Origin: Phoronis australis
Taxonomy: Eukaryota; Animalia; Phoronida
Reading direction: 5' to 3'
DNA length: 64,000 nucleotides
Assembly (NCBI GenBank): GCA_002633005.1
Contig: NMRA01000293.1
Location: forward strand, 385,707 to 449,706
The notes beneath the pieces are model-generated. The model was not told where the DNA came from. It searched no databases and worked only from the letters and a program-made list of their open reading frames with translations. Both the position numbers and the translations under genes were made by a program. This document shows positions 23,673 to 38,600 of this stretch, in pieces (the first letter of the stretch is position 1; each line of letters begins with the position of its first letter).

Positions 23673-26600
23673 ATGAGGTAATTCAGTTTTGGCATGTATT
23701 TATTTCCAATCTTTTCACATGAATAGAATCCTGCGCTGACACCTAGCTGTCCCACACTGTCCCGCGGGGCTGGTTCATTAACCTGTCTAGTAAAATCCGC
23801 TGCTTTCTTTAAAGCTCAAGCTTCACCTGATGTTATCTTTCTCTGGAGATTAACTTAGGTAATCAGGTGCAAAATTACCCCCATCATAAATATTCTTGTG
23901 AACACTGGAGGGCAACTATAGTGTTTTTTTAAGTTTTTGTTTTTAATGCTTTAGCTTATAGAATTTAAATGTTTCGTGAAGAGTATATGTGATTAGGTTT
24001 TTGAATATTGAAAAGGAAATGTGACTTAGATATAACCTAAAACTAGAAAGTAATCCTCAACCATCCAGGCCTGCTTCATTAATTCTGCTGGACATGCAAC
24101 ACAATGGTCCAATTATAATCAAGGGTCATAAGCCAGTAGTTAAAAATTGAGGGAAGCCAAGTGTCATCCTAGTAGGCGACAGGTAACTGTTTCCAGACAT
24201 GTATTGTTTAGCATATTTTATGCCTAGAAACTGGATATCAGCCCTGAGGTGTACATGTGAGAAGTCTGAGATGTGTGCATGCTGAGGCTATACAAGTTGG
24301 AACACCGTGACTTCAGATTGGTGAAAATGCCACGTTTTCTGGCTAAAGACTACTTGTCAGAGGTCAGATGCTTGAAACCTTGACTTAAACTACTAGCAAC
24401 ATGTCTTTGTAGCTGTTTTAGTGTTATCAAGCTATTTTTTCTGAGTTACTAATTCATCAGAAATAAACCACAGACAGAGTACTAAACATTTTGATTCATG
24501 CTTTATTTCACGAGATGTTAGCAGAAAAGTCTTTTTCCTTTTAGGCTTTGTATGAACAGAGACTAATGTTCTTGGAGCATTATCTTGTTCCTCCATCTCA
24601 TCTAGAGCAAGAAAATTACGTTCATCAAGGGAAAATGGACGACTCTGCATATCAGCATCCATGGACAAGGGGTGAGGTATTATTGTTCCTAATCAGAGTT
24701 TACTTGCAAAGCCTGAAGCAGTCATGTTATCAATAGCTCAAGTAAACAGAGGTCTTCTGGAATTCTGTGGTCAGTAGAATGGGAAAAACAGAAGTTTCAC
24801 ATTCTGTTTTTAATTTTCCAAACACTTGACATCTAAATCAAATTTCATTGTGATTTTGGTATGCTTGAATGAGAAGTGCAGCCCACGGCTTCACAAGACT
24901 TCTGCAGTCTGGGGCTCAATATCCATTTCAATTTCTTTGGATCCATCATAAACACTGCCCAGGATTACACAAGCACAGAGCAATGCACTATGTGTATTGG
25001 AGAGTGATTCTCATTTTGATAGTTTTATTTCTAGATTGATTACTGGATTTAGTTTGGGAAATCGCTATCCTGTGGAGTTGAAACCAAACGGGTGGTCAGT
25101 TTAGCTAGTGGTGTCATTTAAATTTACCATCCCTTGGTGTGCCATCAAAAGTCTTAAACAACTCTGACTGAATATTATTGTGAAACATTGTCTAAAACAT
25201 TTCCCAGTTCACACTAGGTTTCAGCTCTGTCTTTTTTCACAAGTCTTGTGGTATTGTATTTCACGGTTTTTCTTCAAGTGTGATATTTTTTATTTCATGG
25301 TTTTTCTTCAAATATGATATTTTTCATTTCAGTGAAGCTGGATCACACTTACTTTGAGACAGAGAGAACCAGTGATGCAGTTTGCCGTGATTTTCGATTA
25401 CTCTTGACAAATCAGAATGTTCCTCCACATTTGGAGCCTTTCAAAGTGAGGTAATAGTTACAAGTCTAATGAAAAATGCAGCATAGCGGTAAAATTTCTC
25501 CAATGAGTTTTGGACATAAATTATTGTTAGAATCGCCCCTCTTCATTTTCCAAATATTTCTCACTTTGCTAATTTCAATATTCACTATTTATCTGAGTAT
25601 TGTCTTATGGTGGCCACAGTACACTAAATATAATAAAGCATTGATTTAGTGATGAATATCATTTGCCAGAGAGGAGAATAACCAAATCTCCCTTGTCTGC
25701 CATATTGTGTTCTTAATTGGAGAGATTTTACTGAAATTGTTGAAGTGTATAGGTACAATTTAAAGTGGTCACAAATGCGGGTGCAATCTTCACTGGGTTT
25801 TTCAATCAGTGTTTGGATGTTTTGTGGTTAACCAGTTTTCAAAAAATAGCTAAAAATAAGATGTACCTTCACTAAAATATCTGGGTAAATTGGAGAGTTC
25901 ATAATATATTCTTAAACTCATTGAAGATCAGTGTGGGTGCCATCATTTTTAACTTTGATAACTCTGTTCTATAAACCAGAGATTTTCGTTTGAAAACAAG
26001 TTTTTAAAAAGCCCTTCTGGGTATCATTTTGCAAGTCTGGGAGTTGTATTGAAGTTCAAGTAACGATTAGCGGTGTGAAGTTCATTAGGCAATATACTGA
26101 AACTCAAAATGTGCAAGTAAGACAGTGTCTCTGTTGTGCGTGAACTTGGAATCCTGTTTAATCTCAAGATCGCAAACGCGTGAACTTGGAATTCAACATA
26201 TATTTGAGCAATTATGTGAAATTTTGTTCAGTGTAAAGAATTTTTGTAATTATTGGCCTTATAATCACTCACTTTATCCTTTACCGTAACTTGTGTCAAA
26301 GAATCGGATTGGTTAAAACAATTATTGTCTGGTGAATAAGATTGCCAATAGCTTAAAAAAAGATTAGTTGAATGTTATGTTATTTTAATGACTTATAATT
26401 TGGTTTAGTGCAGTGCAAATTTTTTATCCACGTGAACGTGATTATATGAGTGAACTTGTCAAGTTTCATCGTGTATTCCAAGTTCAGGCAACACTCACTT
26501 CTGCTTAATCTCAAGATTAAGCAGGATTCCAAGTTCATGCACAGCATCTCACCTGTCTGGCTGTGTAAGATTACCCTCTAATGATGAGCTCAAGCTATAT

Positions 26601-29600
26601 CTATTACTTAGCAGTAGCCCTAATCAGACCATCTGTTTTGGAACAGTGTCTGACTGCAGGAATTACTTTCCATAGAGCCATTGTACTATGAAATTGGTCA
26701 GGCAAAATCAAATTGGGAAATGGGGAAATCCCAGATAAATGCTCAGCACTGTAGATGAAAACCACTGAAGCCAACATTTTGGGTGAAATAGCCTCGGACA
26801 GTCTTAGAAATTAATGTAGTTGGATAGTTTCACAAATTTTGCAATAGCCCTTATTATTTTTTGCTTTGTTTTTTAAAGCTAAAACTTGTAAAATGGAGAA
26901 AAAAAATTGGCACTTTACTTACAGTGAATTCCTGAACTTTGAGAAGCACCGGTGCTCAAAACCAGGTACTCCTGTAAGTTACCTGAGTTATCCAGATTTT
27001 AAGGATCCAAGTGTCTTTCACTCAAGACCCAATTTACACTATGTTCTTACGTTTTCTAACTCTGTTCAGCATTGTTTGTGCATCCAGTGTCTTGTAGTTT
27101 TAACGAGAGAATTTTTTTCAGCTTAGATCCAGCTGATGTGACCGACGTTGTGGTTTTAAGTTCCAACCCGAGCTCACCACCGCCGAACCTGGAGGAAATA
27201 TGCAAGAGTCAGAGTAACAATAGGAAAGAGTCAATGTTAGAAGAGTTTCACAAGGACGGTGTGACGCACACTAATGCATGTAAATATATCCTCATTTTGT
27301 ATATCAAGTGTGTATCATTGCTCCTGAGTTTATGTTAGACCTTATGACAATGTTAGTCTGTATTTATAGCCAAATCATCTAGAAAACTAGCTGTTAGATT
27401 TTAACTCTGTAAACGTATTTTCTGAAAGTAGAAAGCCTACAGAATTTGATTGACTTGATACCAGTCTGCCATTAATTGGGTCATGTAACTATGTCTTTTT
27501 AGTAAAATTTAGCAAAAAAGAAAGGAATGGTCATAACAAAACAGCATTAACAATGACATGACCACATTTCACCTTGATGTTTAAGATGAAATCTCAAACA
27601 CTACAGTTTTATAAATTGGCATTTTGTTTTTGCTTTATGCAACTTCTGAATTTTCCATATAAATCATAAAACTCCTAGTTTTTGATAACCCTCTCATGTG
27701 ATAGTAGAACATAAAAACAATCTATCAGGCTTTTGGAGAATAGTGCTTAATGCATAGTTTTTGAAACTTTCATATGAATCCGATCACTGAGTTTCTGAGA
27801 TATGATATATTACGAAGTTAACCAATAGAAAGATTCTACATAGCCTTGAAGTCAAAAGAAGAACTCAAAGATTGACACCCACTTTGATATTGATGCGACT
27901 GAGTAGAAACTATTTTGAGTAAATGTTGTAGTGAAAATCAAGCACAAAACTACCAATTATGGGGCTTTGACAGCTTCATGCCATATTTAAATATTTAACT
28001 TTTCCAGTCAAAGAAGTATAAAAATGTTTTTTATGCAGAACAGAGTTATTTGTAGTTTGTATAAATAATTTTTGGTATGCTAAAGTGTTGAGCTGGGTAA
28101 CAGCAAAATAAGATGGGGCAAATAAATTGCTTTTCTAAAGTTGTTGGTTTCTGCTCTGTAGGTGCACACTATCTGGAGGAAGTTGAATCTGTGAATTACT
28201 TCAGTGACTGTCTTAGGAAGATGCCAGATGTCCGCAACATGGCAAGCAGGCTAAAGTTTAAGCTTATTCAAGATCCATTTTCCACAACCATGTCTGAGGA
28301 AGAACTTCTCAGGTGAAAACTGAGTTCTCCACAAGTTTTTAATTCCTACGGTTGATTTTGTACACGTACTGATTTTTACTGCCCTGTTTTCCACCCTTTT
28401 GATTTTTTTAGAAATCCAATGCTTGTAACTTTAATGTCCTACCTGTTGTGTGTTATGCAAAACCTGTTCTTGCTTACCTTTTATTGCATTCAATGTAGAA
28501 AAACTAAAGAGGCCAAAATGCAGTCGTTAAATGAGATAATAATTTTCAAGGTATTCGTGGGGTAGGCCCAAACCCCCAGTGGGTGAGGAACACCCTCCCA
28601 TACCGATCCTCCACCCCAAATGATTCTTTGGCACTTGTTGGCACACTCAAGGCCAAGTAGATTTCCGCCTTCTTTTAACTTTGGCAAGTGGAGAATCCTG
28701 AAACTTTGCAAAATAGTTTTAAGCAAAGCATATGACTGCCAAAGTGATCCAGAGCTGAAACCGGACTTTTCAATCAGATAAGCGCTCAACTCTTGCTTAT
28801 AGTCAGTAGAAAGGCAGAAAAATCACATACTCTAGTTTTCTCGTAAAGCTGCGCAAACTGTCCAAACTGACTGTTTTATGTGTCGTGTGAGAAAATATAG
28901 TAAAGAACTGTAAAGAACTGTTACTATTTATTTTATTCATGTGTATTAAAAATCCAAGCAAGAACATCATAACAAAATGTGGTCAATGTGTTCACTTGCT
29001 AGTTTAATAACATGTAAGAGGTTAAAACAGCAGAACTGCCATCCATGAAATTTTCATTTTGTCAAGTTTATTTAACAATTTGCTTTACTTTTTAGGAAGG
29101 ATAAACATTACCAATGCACAACTCAATTAAGTAGTTGTGAGTTAAAAGAGACATTTATGAAGGAAGATCTATCTTCCTATCAGGTATGTTGTACCATGCT
29201 TACTCTTATGCTCCAAACTGTTGCTCTGACCTGGTTTTCAATGTGCATGGCGACCATTGTGACGAATTTGAAAACCCTCACCTGATGTCAGCAGTCATGT
29301 TGGTCATTTGTCTTACTGATTGTTCGTTTTTTGACTTCGAAACTCATATGATAAACATGGGTGTTGGTTTACGAACGCAATTATCTCATGCACTTTCTCG
29401 TCCACTTGTGTGCAAATCCTGGCAGCATAAGATTTGCCTAATGTAGCATGTTCAGTGGAGCAACTGTGAGAAATTTTACAAAATCTACAATTGTTTCAGA
29501 GTTACTTAGAGGAAACGATGCCTGCTGACAGTACTGCTTGTTCTCAACCAAGCATGAATGTTGATCTCCGGCCATTTACACAGTCTCAAGTTGAAGAAAA

Positions 29601-32600
29601 TTTTGATGGTAAACTAATGATATGCAGTGACTTAAACTGTGTAAACTTCATCAAACCACTGATACATTGTTAATTAATTCCAACCAACTTATTTCGTAAA
29701 GAACATTTAAATAAAATCAAGAAACCTGTTTTCTTTGTTTTTTCAGCGAAATGTCCTGGACTGTCTGTCTGTCTCTTTTAATTAATTTTTATAAAAATAG
29801 TTTCATTGGTTGTATCACACATTGACTAAATGTGCAATCAGCTCCATGCTTTGTTTGTATTAAACCATGAAAATTTTTTGCCATGGCATGTTAGTTTCCA
29901 GATTAGTACATAATTGTCAATTCTGAATTTGCTGGAATCAATCCTTACTCACACCACACTCTGCTTAATTTACAGATTGTGCAAATCTTACCGAATCGTG
30001 TAATAAAATACCAAAGGAATTAGAAGGGTTTGCCGATGCGAAAGATGATGTACAGAATGAGGCAGTTAAATGTATACCTATTTGTTGGGTTATTGTGTTG
30101 TTGCTTTGCTTGAACTTAAAGTCTAATTTCCACTCTTAGTTGCACCAAGTTTCTGAACATTAGCAGATATTATGTTTTCTATTGTTTTCAAGTTTGTAAT
30201 CTGAAAATACTTTAATTCTTTAATATACTGTATGGTACCATCAACGATTCAATTCGTTTTCCATTAAAAAGTTTTCATTGTTTTTAAAAACTATACACAG
30301 TTACGTCAGTCATAGTCTGTGGTATAACTAATTTCTAACATTGATAACTGTCAATTTTGGATACAGGTGCCATAGCTGTGATAGAAGACTTGGCACTCTG
30401 TTTGGATAGTCCATTACCATCTGCACTACTGGCTGATGGAGTAAAATGTGCTGATATTGAAAACCTGTTGCAAGATGTCAAAATGAGTCCAGTTACTATG
30501 TCTCCGTAAGTAGAAAGATCCATTGCTGTTTGAGTGAAGTAATCGAAATATGCAAATTAACCTTGTATGGTAAAGTTTCCTGAAATTCAAAAAAGTAATA
30601 GCCAAAATTGTCATTTTTACTTTTTCGAAAAACTGCTCATTTTACTGCCAGAATCTTCAAAATTTCATTGTATGTTTGTTGATCACAGCCGTGCTGTACA
30701 AAGTTTCCAAATAGTCCTGTAAAATTGTCACATTTTTACTCTTGTTGAAAGTTTTGACAAAATAAAATTTTAGTGTTTTACGATATTGTGTTCTAATTTG
30801 AAGAAACGTTTTAGTACCGGAATGTTTCTGCACATTTTATGAACAAACAGTTAGTATTGTTGAAATTTAATACTTGCTTTAAGTAAGGAAGTACTGTGAA
30901 GAATTCTACTTTTTAAGACAGTAAAAAAATTAATTATTTTGTTCAAGGTCGGAGCTTTACGAAATTTAAAGATAGGCTGTGTTGTTCATCCCAAATTCAA
31001 GAATTGCAGTTAACGAGACACGACAATTCATATTGATGCTGCACACTGTAAGTGTGGTTTCAGGTGTTAAATTGTCTGGTATCCATCAGTTGTTCCTCAC
31101 CGACTCACCTCGTGCTCTTTCTTTCAGTGTTAATTTACTGAGTCCAGCCAGTAAGGACAGTTCGACTCATGTAATGGAGTTAAATGATAAAGTCTTTTGT
31201 GATTTGGAATCACCATGGCTACCAGGTAAGTTCTAAGTTTTGTCACATGACGTTTGGTTAAATGGTGCATCCCTGACATATATTTGTATTGTCTGTAATA
31301 CAGATGCCACCACTACATATAATTGACATACTAGATCTACCTTGAAAGAGCGGTAAGAATTCCTAGATTAGTTACGTATTACAATTGGTTGTTGTGTCAC
31401 TGTTGGTATTTACTGTTTTCAAGAACCAGCCATTCACAGTGTCTTGACTACAAGCACAACTTTATCAAGTGAAGCACTGTTAAAAGAGTTTGGGAATGAA
31501 GAAAAGATAACTAAAACACTTGAGTCCTCTCTGTCCTGGAACCCACTGAGGAAGCCTCTAACTGAACCTTCCTGTGAGATGTTATCTCCTAGAGCAGCTG
31601 ATACACCATGTTATTCTATAGAACAATTTGAAAAAGTCAACTACTCAGGTGTGTGTATTATTAAAATCTGCATTTCATCCTATTCAGCTAACTAAAAAAC
31701 AAAAATCCAATGATGCCTTTCATTTCTAAAAAAAATTGGTCTCATGATAGGATTCTATTTATATTACAATTAAGCAAGAACAACAAAACCATGAGCGTCT
31801 CAAGAAAACATTAGGGTTTTGGGGTTGGCTAGTACTAAATTTAAAAATGATGGCGCTTGTATGCATTGTCTGTGCCTTGAGTTCCAGTTGCTTTGACACA
31901 AATTCAGATGAGTTTGGCAAGGTTCTTAAACCCAATGTGTTTTGGTTAGTATTTCAAGAGTGACAGCTGTGGCCTCTTTAATTTATAGAACAAAACATTT
32001 TTGTGTGTTGTGGTCTCAAGCTTTTGTTCATTGTTATTTAGCTCTCTACCTTTTTGAACTCGAGTTTGTACTTGCACACTCTTTTTGGACTGCCCTCCTT
32101 TAAGGCAGGCAGTTGTAGTCCCCGTGCTGCACCAGCATGTGGCATACTGTCACCCATCATTCTGTAATTGTTACCTTGTAGCTGCATTTCTCACATCTCA
32201 TTTGTATTATTTATTTCAAGCTTAGGGAGGACACCCCATTGTCCTTTCTACATTGCATAAAAGGGTTATTTTGCTACTGTGATTGTGCAGTGAATTGCAT
32301 TCATCTCCTTAATTGTTTCTTTTGAAGCAGCTACAAACCTACCTCTTGTCAAGAAGTAAACTTGTTTTAAACCTCTGGTTTCAGTTTTTTTAATTAAAAA
32401 TGATTTCTGGTTGAAAGACGGTCTGACATTATTTCTTGAGGCTAAACTAAATTTAAAAATGGTTTGCTTCCTCACTAACTTTTTGACCCTTGTCTCAAAA
32501 AAATGAACAGTTTTCTTCCCATGCCCAAGGCAAGAAAAAATTTGAGAGCAGTTTTATAATAATGCATGGTGTAAATCAAGAGAAGATGAGTTAACTCCAG

Positions 32601-35600
32601 CTTTAAGTTGGACATTTTTTAAACTTAAGGTATTTCATTTTGTTGATATGAATTGTGTGGCCCTGTTTTTTTTTAGTAATGTTTTCCTGTTTTTTTTTAG
32701 TAATGTTTTCCATTGAACTTCCACTATTGTGAGCATGTTTGCACTTTAGACCATAGCTTAAAGGCACATTGTTGGTAATTGTCAAATTAGCAAATGTTTC
32801 ACATGTCTCATCTTGTCGAGTTTTAAGGCATTCGTAAACTTGGGTCCTCGCGTTTTATTGATTTCAGACAAGACATGTATCTCAGAGCCTAACTTTGATT
32901 TGAAATTTGATGAAGATCAATGGTCTCCTGAAACAGGTTTGTCTTTGAATATAACAGGGAGTGAGAATATGAAATGCAGTAAGTAAAGTCTGGTCACTGA
33001 TGTGTTTGCTTTGCAAATGACAGTTTTAGTTGTGATTTAAAAAATTCTGTAAAGCATAGCTTTTAGAGGGAATGATGAATAATTTATGTTTTAAAAGGAA
33101 CAGGTTATCGAAAGCACAAGAATGTGCGTGCTGCCTAATTGTTAATCAAAAATAGTTATTAAGCAATTTGAGGTTGATTGTTCTGCTTTTTGTGAGGTCG
33201 AGTCTTTTTAAGTTGGACAAAAATTTCACACTCACATTTATTGAGTGACATGCTTATATTAATGTTAAAATCTTTAATGATACTTTTCAGATGAGTGCTT
33301 GTCGTTGAGTTCTGAAATGGCTAAGCCATTCAAACATGACAAACTGGAGCCTGTAAATCAGACAAAGTCCCAAAGGACAATACCTTGTGTTGAAGATAGC
33401 GTTTGCATGAGTGATCCATTGGAAGTGTTTTTGATGTTGCGTAAAGGAAGACTCGCTCATCAACCAGTCAAGACTGAAGATGAATGTCGAGGATGTGAAA
33501 CGATTGCAGTGTGAGTTGCCTCAGATTTGAATTGTGCACTTATTGTGAAATGTTTGTAATGTAAGCTGCATCAGATTTGAAGTTGTGCACTTATTGTGAA
33601 ATGTTTACAACCATGCAGGTTTGTGTTGGTTCGCTTATTACACACACTTCTTAATGCTCCTATTGAATTGTCATCTTCAAACTGAAATAAAAAATCTTGG
33701 AGATGGTTGTCAAGGCAGAAGTGCCATCCTACAGTGAAATTGGGGGGGGGTACTGACTTGCTTCACTTCCCAACTTAAATTATTTCTTCTGAGAGGGTAG
33801 GAACCAAACAATAGACAAAGACTTGAGATAAAACCACCGTAATCATGCACTTTGAGTGCTTGCTACCTGATGTTTGTTCATAATGATCTCCATTCAATAT
33901 ATCTGAAAATGTAAGTTCCAATGCTTATAGGTAATACCAATTTTATGAAGTATCCATGACTCATAAATGGTATAAAAGTATTGCTTTAGCTGAATACGTC
34001 AATGAATGATTATCACAAACAACTTATCTGATGTCTTCATTACAGTGCCTCCACCTTCCCAGATGCAAATAGTCTATGTGAAGGAGGTAAAAAGAAAAGT
34101 CAAGGTGAGTATGATTGTAAAATTAGTGCTTAAGACTAAAAACAAATTGTCTACAAAGTCTCAATAAATGTTGTATAACAGTTTAATATTTAGTGCTGTT
34201 CAAATACGGTACTATCCTCGGATGGACCATGTCAGTATTCCCATACTGCCATCATGACGTTTTTTCCATGGCCATCTTGCAGAGTCTTCTTTATTTCTTC
34301 AACTTAGGTACATGATATTATTCTCAATCCTCCATGTTTTGCTTTGCAAGTCATAGCTCATGGCGTACCCTGGGCAAAATAGATCAACGATATTATTGAG
34401 CACAGCAATTGCACCATGCCAGTCACACAGAACAATTATTTTTTACACAAAATGGTTTTAATGCTTAGATTCTGACAAAATTACTTGTTTCTTTCACTGG
34501 CTATACAGTAGAAAGACCCTCTTCACTTCCTGAGGAGAAAATCAACATTAGAAGCACAGAGGATGTAGTGGCAACATCCACACGTGAGATTACCGTGCAA
34601 CCTTGTCCAACTCCTGGCAAAAAGAAGTCTAAGTCTAAGATCATCGACATAAGTATTACACGTGAGAAGATGTTGCCTGATGTTTGTTGTATAACTTATC
34701 CGCTAATTAGACTTTCGGAGTGTTCTTGAGCTTTCTTGCGGTATATATTTGAATTTTGTAGTTTTCTTGTGGTATGTTCCATTAGAGCACAAATCACTCA
34801 GTCTATTAAGAAAATGTAACTCTCTTTTCAATTACTTTCATTGGTTTTACAAGTTTCAATATTTCAAAACCAGTACGTTTTTGTAATTATTTATTAGTTA
34901 ACTAAAATGCTCAGTATCGTTACATCCGAGGGGTACAGTTTGGCCCCTTGAGATCTTCATAGTGGCTTAAAATTTTGCAGATGGTTGTAGTTCATGGGTG
35001 TCATTCATACACAACAATAGGCCTTTTGAAATTGACGTGCATAGCCAGTGAGAGCTGTTCTTGTGCAACCTGCTCTTAGTCAACAACTATCCCAGGTGGA
35101 CTGTAACTAAGCACAGCTTGTGGTGCTGGCTCATAAGATAATTGTTTTATTACCCACATCTATATTGAATAGCTGAGCCCACGAATGACTACCACCCATT
35201 GAATTTCAATTCCTGTTACTGTTTGGTTTTTCTCTTCTTACTGTTGTGAACATATCTTTATAACGAAACCATAGTTTTTTAATCTAAAAAATGGCAGTTT
35301 CCTTCCTTGATGTCTGCAACTAAACTAAATGTTGTGTGGTAAATGAATTGGTTGTCAACTGTAAGTCAGCTATTTCAACAACGGTCTAGGTGAAATCCAG
35401 ACTATCAGCAATGTGATAGAGAGGTCAGGACAGAGTGCAGTAGATGCCTTATCTAAATCAGGCTACTTCTCCGATGGACAGGTGTTCCTGAAGCTGTCTG
35501 GGGATACCTGCAGGTTCTTGTTGAAACAGCAGGAAAAGGCCATGCGTGACAATGGAGTCAATGGTTGGTGATGATGAAATATACAGGGCTTGGAATTTTC

Positions 35601-38600
35601 CGCGGAAACGCGGATTACCGCTTTTTTCAAATGTGCTTTCCGCTTTTTTTATAATATTTCCGTGTAAAAAAAATCGAATTTGATAGAAAATTTCCGCGGC
35701 AAATTCCTTTCTTACCGCGGCGTTGCAGACGACGTTGACACCTCGAAAAGCGGAAGTTGCCGTTGCTCTTTATGATTTGGAGGAACGTAAATTGTCAACA
35801 TTGCCGGGGCATCTGGGACAGCGTGGTGTGATTTTCAATGGCGTCTCGTGTTATTGTTAAGCGCGGCGACAAATACTGCTGCTCTGCAGCCAAAAATGTG
35901 TGGGTTGGGAGTGGACGGGCGAGCTAAAAGGACGCAGACGCATGCTTCTGATGGAGGTAACCTTTTTTTTTTTTTTTTTAGTCCCGATTTTTGTCGGGGA
36001 AAGATTCACATTGACCATTTCAAGGCTGGTTATCGGGCATGATTTGGGCCGTAAAAGTTTCCGCGTTTTTTGTCATTGGTCATTCCAAGCCCTGAATATA
36101 ACTATAGGATATTTGAGTTAGATGGATTGCTATTTATGGTCACTTCCTTCACATGTTGTATACCAAACCAACAATACCAAAAGGAAAACACTTTTGTTAT
36201 TTTCTCCTGAGGCGAGTAACCCAATCAGATTCAGCACTTCAATTATACAGCCCAGTCCCTAAATGTCGGATAGTCACCCAATATATACAGCTCTTTACTG
36301 GTAAAGGTGACACTCCAGGTGTTTACTTTGCATAATAGAACCATGCATGCACAACATCAGGATGCAGACAAAGCTGGTTGCATAACTCAAAGTGGCTCCT
36401 TTGATCTCTGGAGAAAACTTGGCTATGACTGAATCTGTTCATCACGGTTCAGAAAATGAGCTCCCAAATTTCAAAAAACGCTATTCCAATGAATTATTAC
36501 TCACTGCAGCAATCCACTAGTTTTCAAATTGTTGTGCTCTTATTTTATATTTGTTTGACTGATAAAGGAAATTTCTCTAGTTCAAGTTGGTTAATGTCTG
36601 TTTACAATGTGGATGTCAAACTAGAATGGAAACTGATTTTTTAATAATCAACTGTCTATTTCATATACTATAAAGAATTTTCTAGTGTGCAGTGCTCAGT
36701 GTTGTGTTACATAAACTGTCATTCGGCAGTAAATCATTTTTATGTGCAAAAGCAAATTAAGTTGAAATTCTTTCTCATTAACAAACATCTGTCACATTTT
36801 GATTAGTCCTCATTTTTAGTTTTATTATCCAGCTGCTGCTGAAGCCGTTTATTGTCAGCTGACTCTACTACATTGCTGTGTCAATTGTATGGACATTCTG
36901 TATCACTGCTGCCTTCCTTCTGTTGTGTCTCATCTGGACATTGTGCTGGACAAGTACAGCCATATAAGTACAGGTACTGCTTGGCTACATGCCCATGTGA
37001 CAGCGTTGAGACATTTAAGTTACTGATCTTTGGGATGTGAGGTATTATTCAGGCAAGGCCAGGACAAGTTAATGATGTCTTATCATGCTAATTTGTGCTT
37101 AGTTTTCGACAGGATTGACATCCTGGAACAAGAAAAGTTTGCTGACTACGTAGTACTACATAGTTTTATGGTATTTGTTAAATGAAACAAAATGTACTTC
37201 AATTTAATTGAAATGTTTAATCAAATAATATGAAGACGCTACTTATAATAACAAACCAAATTGACATTGAGGCAAAATTATGAAAAATGCTATTTGCTAC
37301 TAACACTAAAATTTCTCCATTTTTGGACAGTAGAAAAAAAATTATTTTGCTCAAGGTCAGAGCCTGTACAAAATTTTAGAATACAGACATTATTGGCCAT
37401 CCAAAATTCAAGAATTACAATTAATGATCATTCACCTAGATGTTGCACAATATGAAAATGTTTCCGTTACTTTAATTTCGACAAGTTTATCTACTGCCAA
37501 GTCTATGTTGAAGGTTATTAATTCAAATCAAAAAGTCTGATATTTGAGAAATATGATATAAACTCCAAAATTAGCCATGTGCCAATCTGTAGTGAATGTT
37601 GATCATCCCTCGTGTGTAGTATGCATTGCAAACATTGAAAGCATATCAACCTTCAGGGACGATCTGTGCGTTTTAAGCCATTGTTTTCATTATAGAAAAC
37701 TTGAGCTTCTTAAAGACATGCATGACTGACTTCCAATCGGTAATGGACAGCCAGGGACTACTGCATCCCAAGTTGACTGCTCTCTGCAAGCAATTGATTC
37801 AATTTATGGCTGGCAAAAGACTGAAGAGTCCTGAGCATGACATAAAGGTTTGTGATCTTGAACTGTCTTCTGTTTACCAACAAACTAGTCTAGTGGGACA
37901 TGGCTCTTTACATGCAAAGCAATATGTAGTTATGAGACTCAAACGACTTGCCAAATAGTCTTAAGGAGGCTGATGGTTGTGACGATTTCAGACTCAAACT
38001 CATCAGTTACCTGTGGTCATCATAGCTGTCTCTCCTTTTGTCACTTCAATGTATATACCATATAAAAGTTTAAAGGTTTTAATTAAATTTAAATTTAATT
38101 TAATTTTATATAATTTTATTTTATTGATTTATTTTCATTTACTTATTAAATTTATTTAATTCATTTATTTAATTCTATTTTATTGATTTATTTATTTATC
38201 GTAATCTATTTTGCCCGGGGTACGCCACGAGCTATGTTGCAGAGTAAAACAATAGGAGAATTGCGAATATTGTCATTTATTATGACGTAAATAGACAAAA
38301 CTAATTAAGACTCTGCAAGATGGGCATGGACAAAACGCCCACCGGCGTGTACAAAGAATAGCCCTGAGAGAGGGAACAAAACAAAAGAACTGCCTGAAGG
38401 GCTTAAAGGAAAAGCACAGAACATGAACACAAAACTTGAAAAAAACTAACAGAAATATATATGAGAAAAGAGAAAGTGGAACCGACACCCGGGATGGGGG
38501 GTGGGGAAAAAATGCAGAGAACGAACGTAGGTCTTGTTGACGACGAGGTAGGTGGCTGAATGAGAGACCACGTTGAACTGAACAAAGGAAATATGGACAA

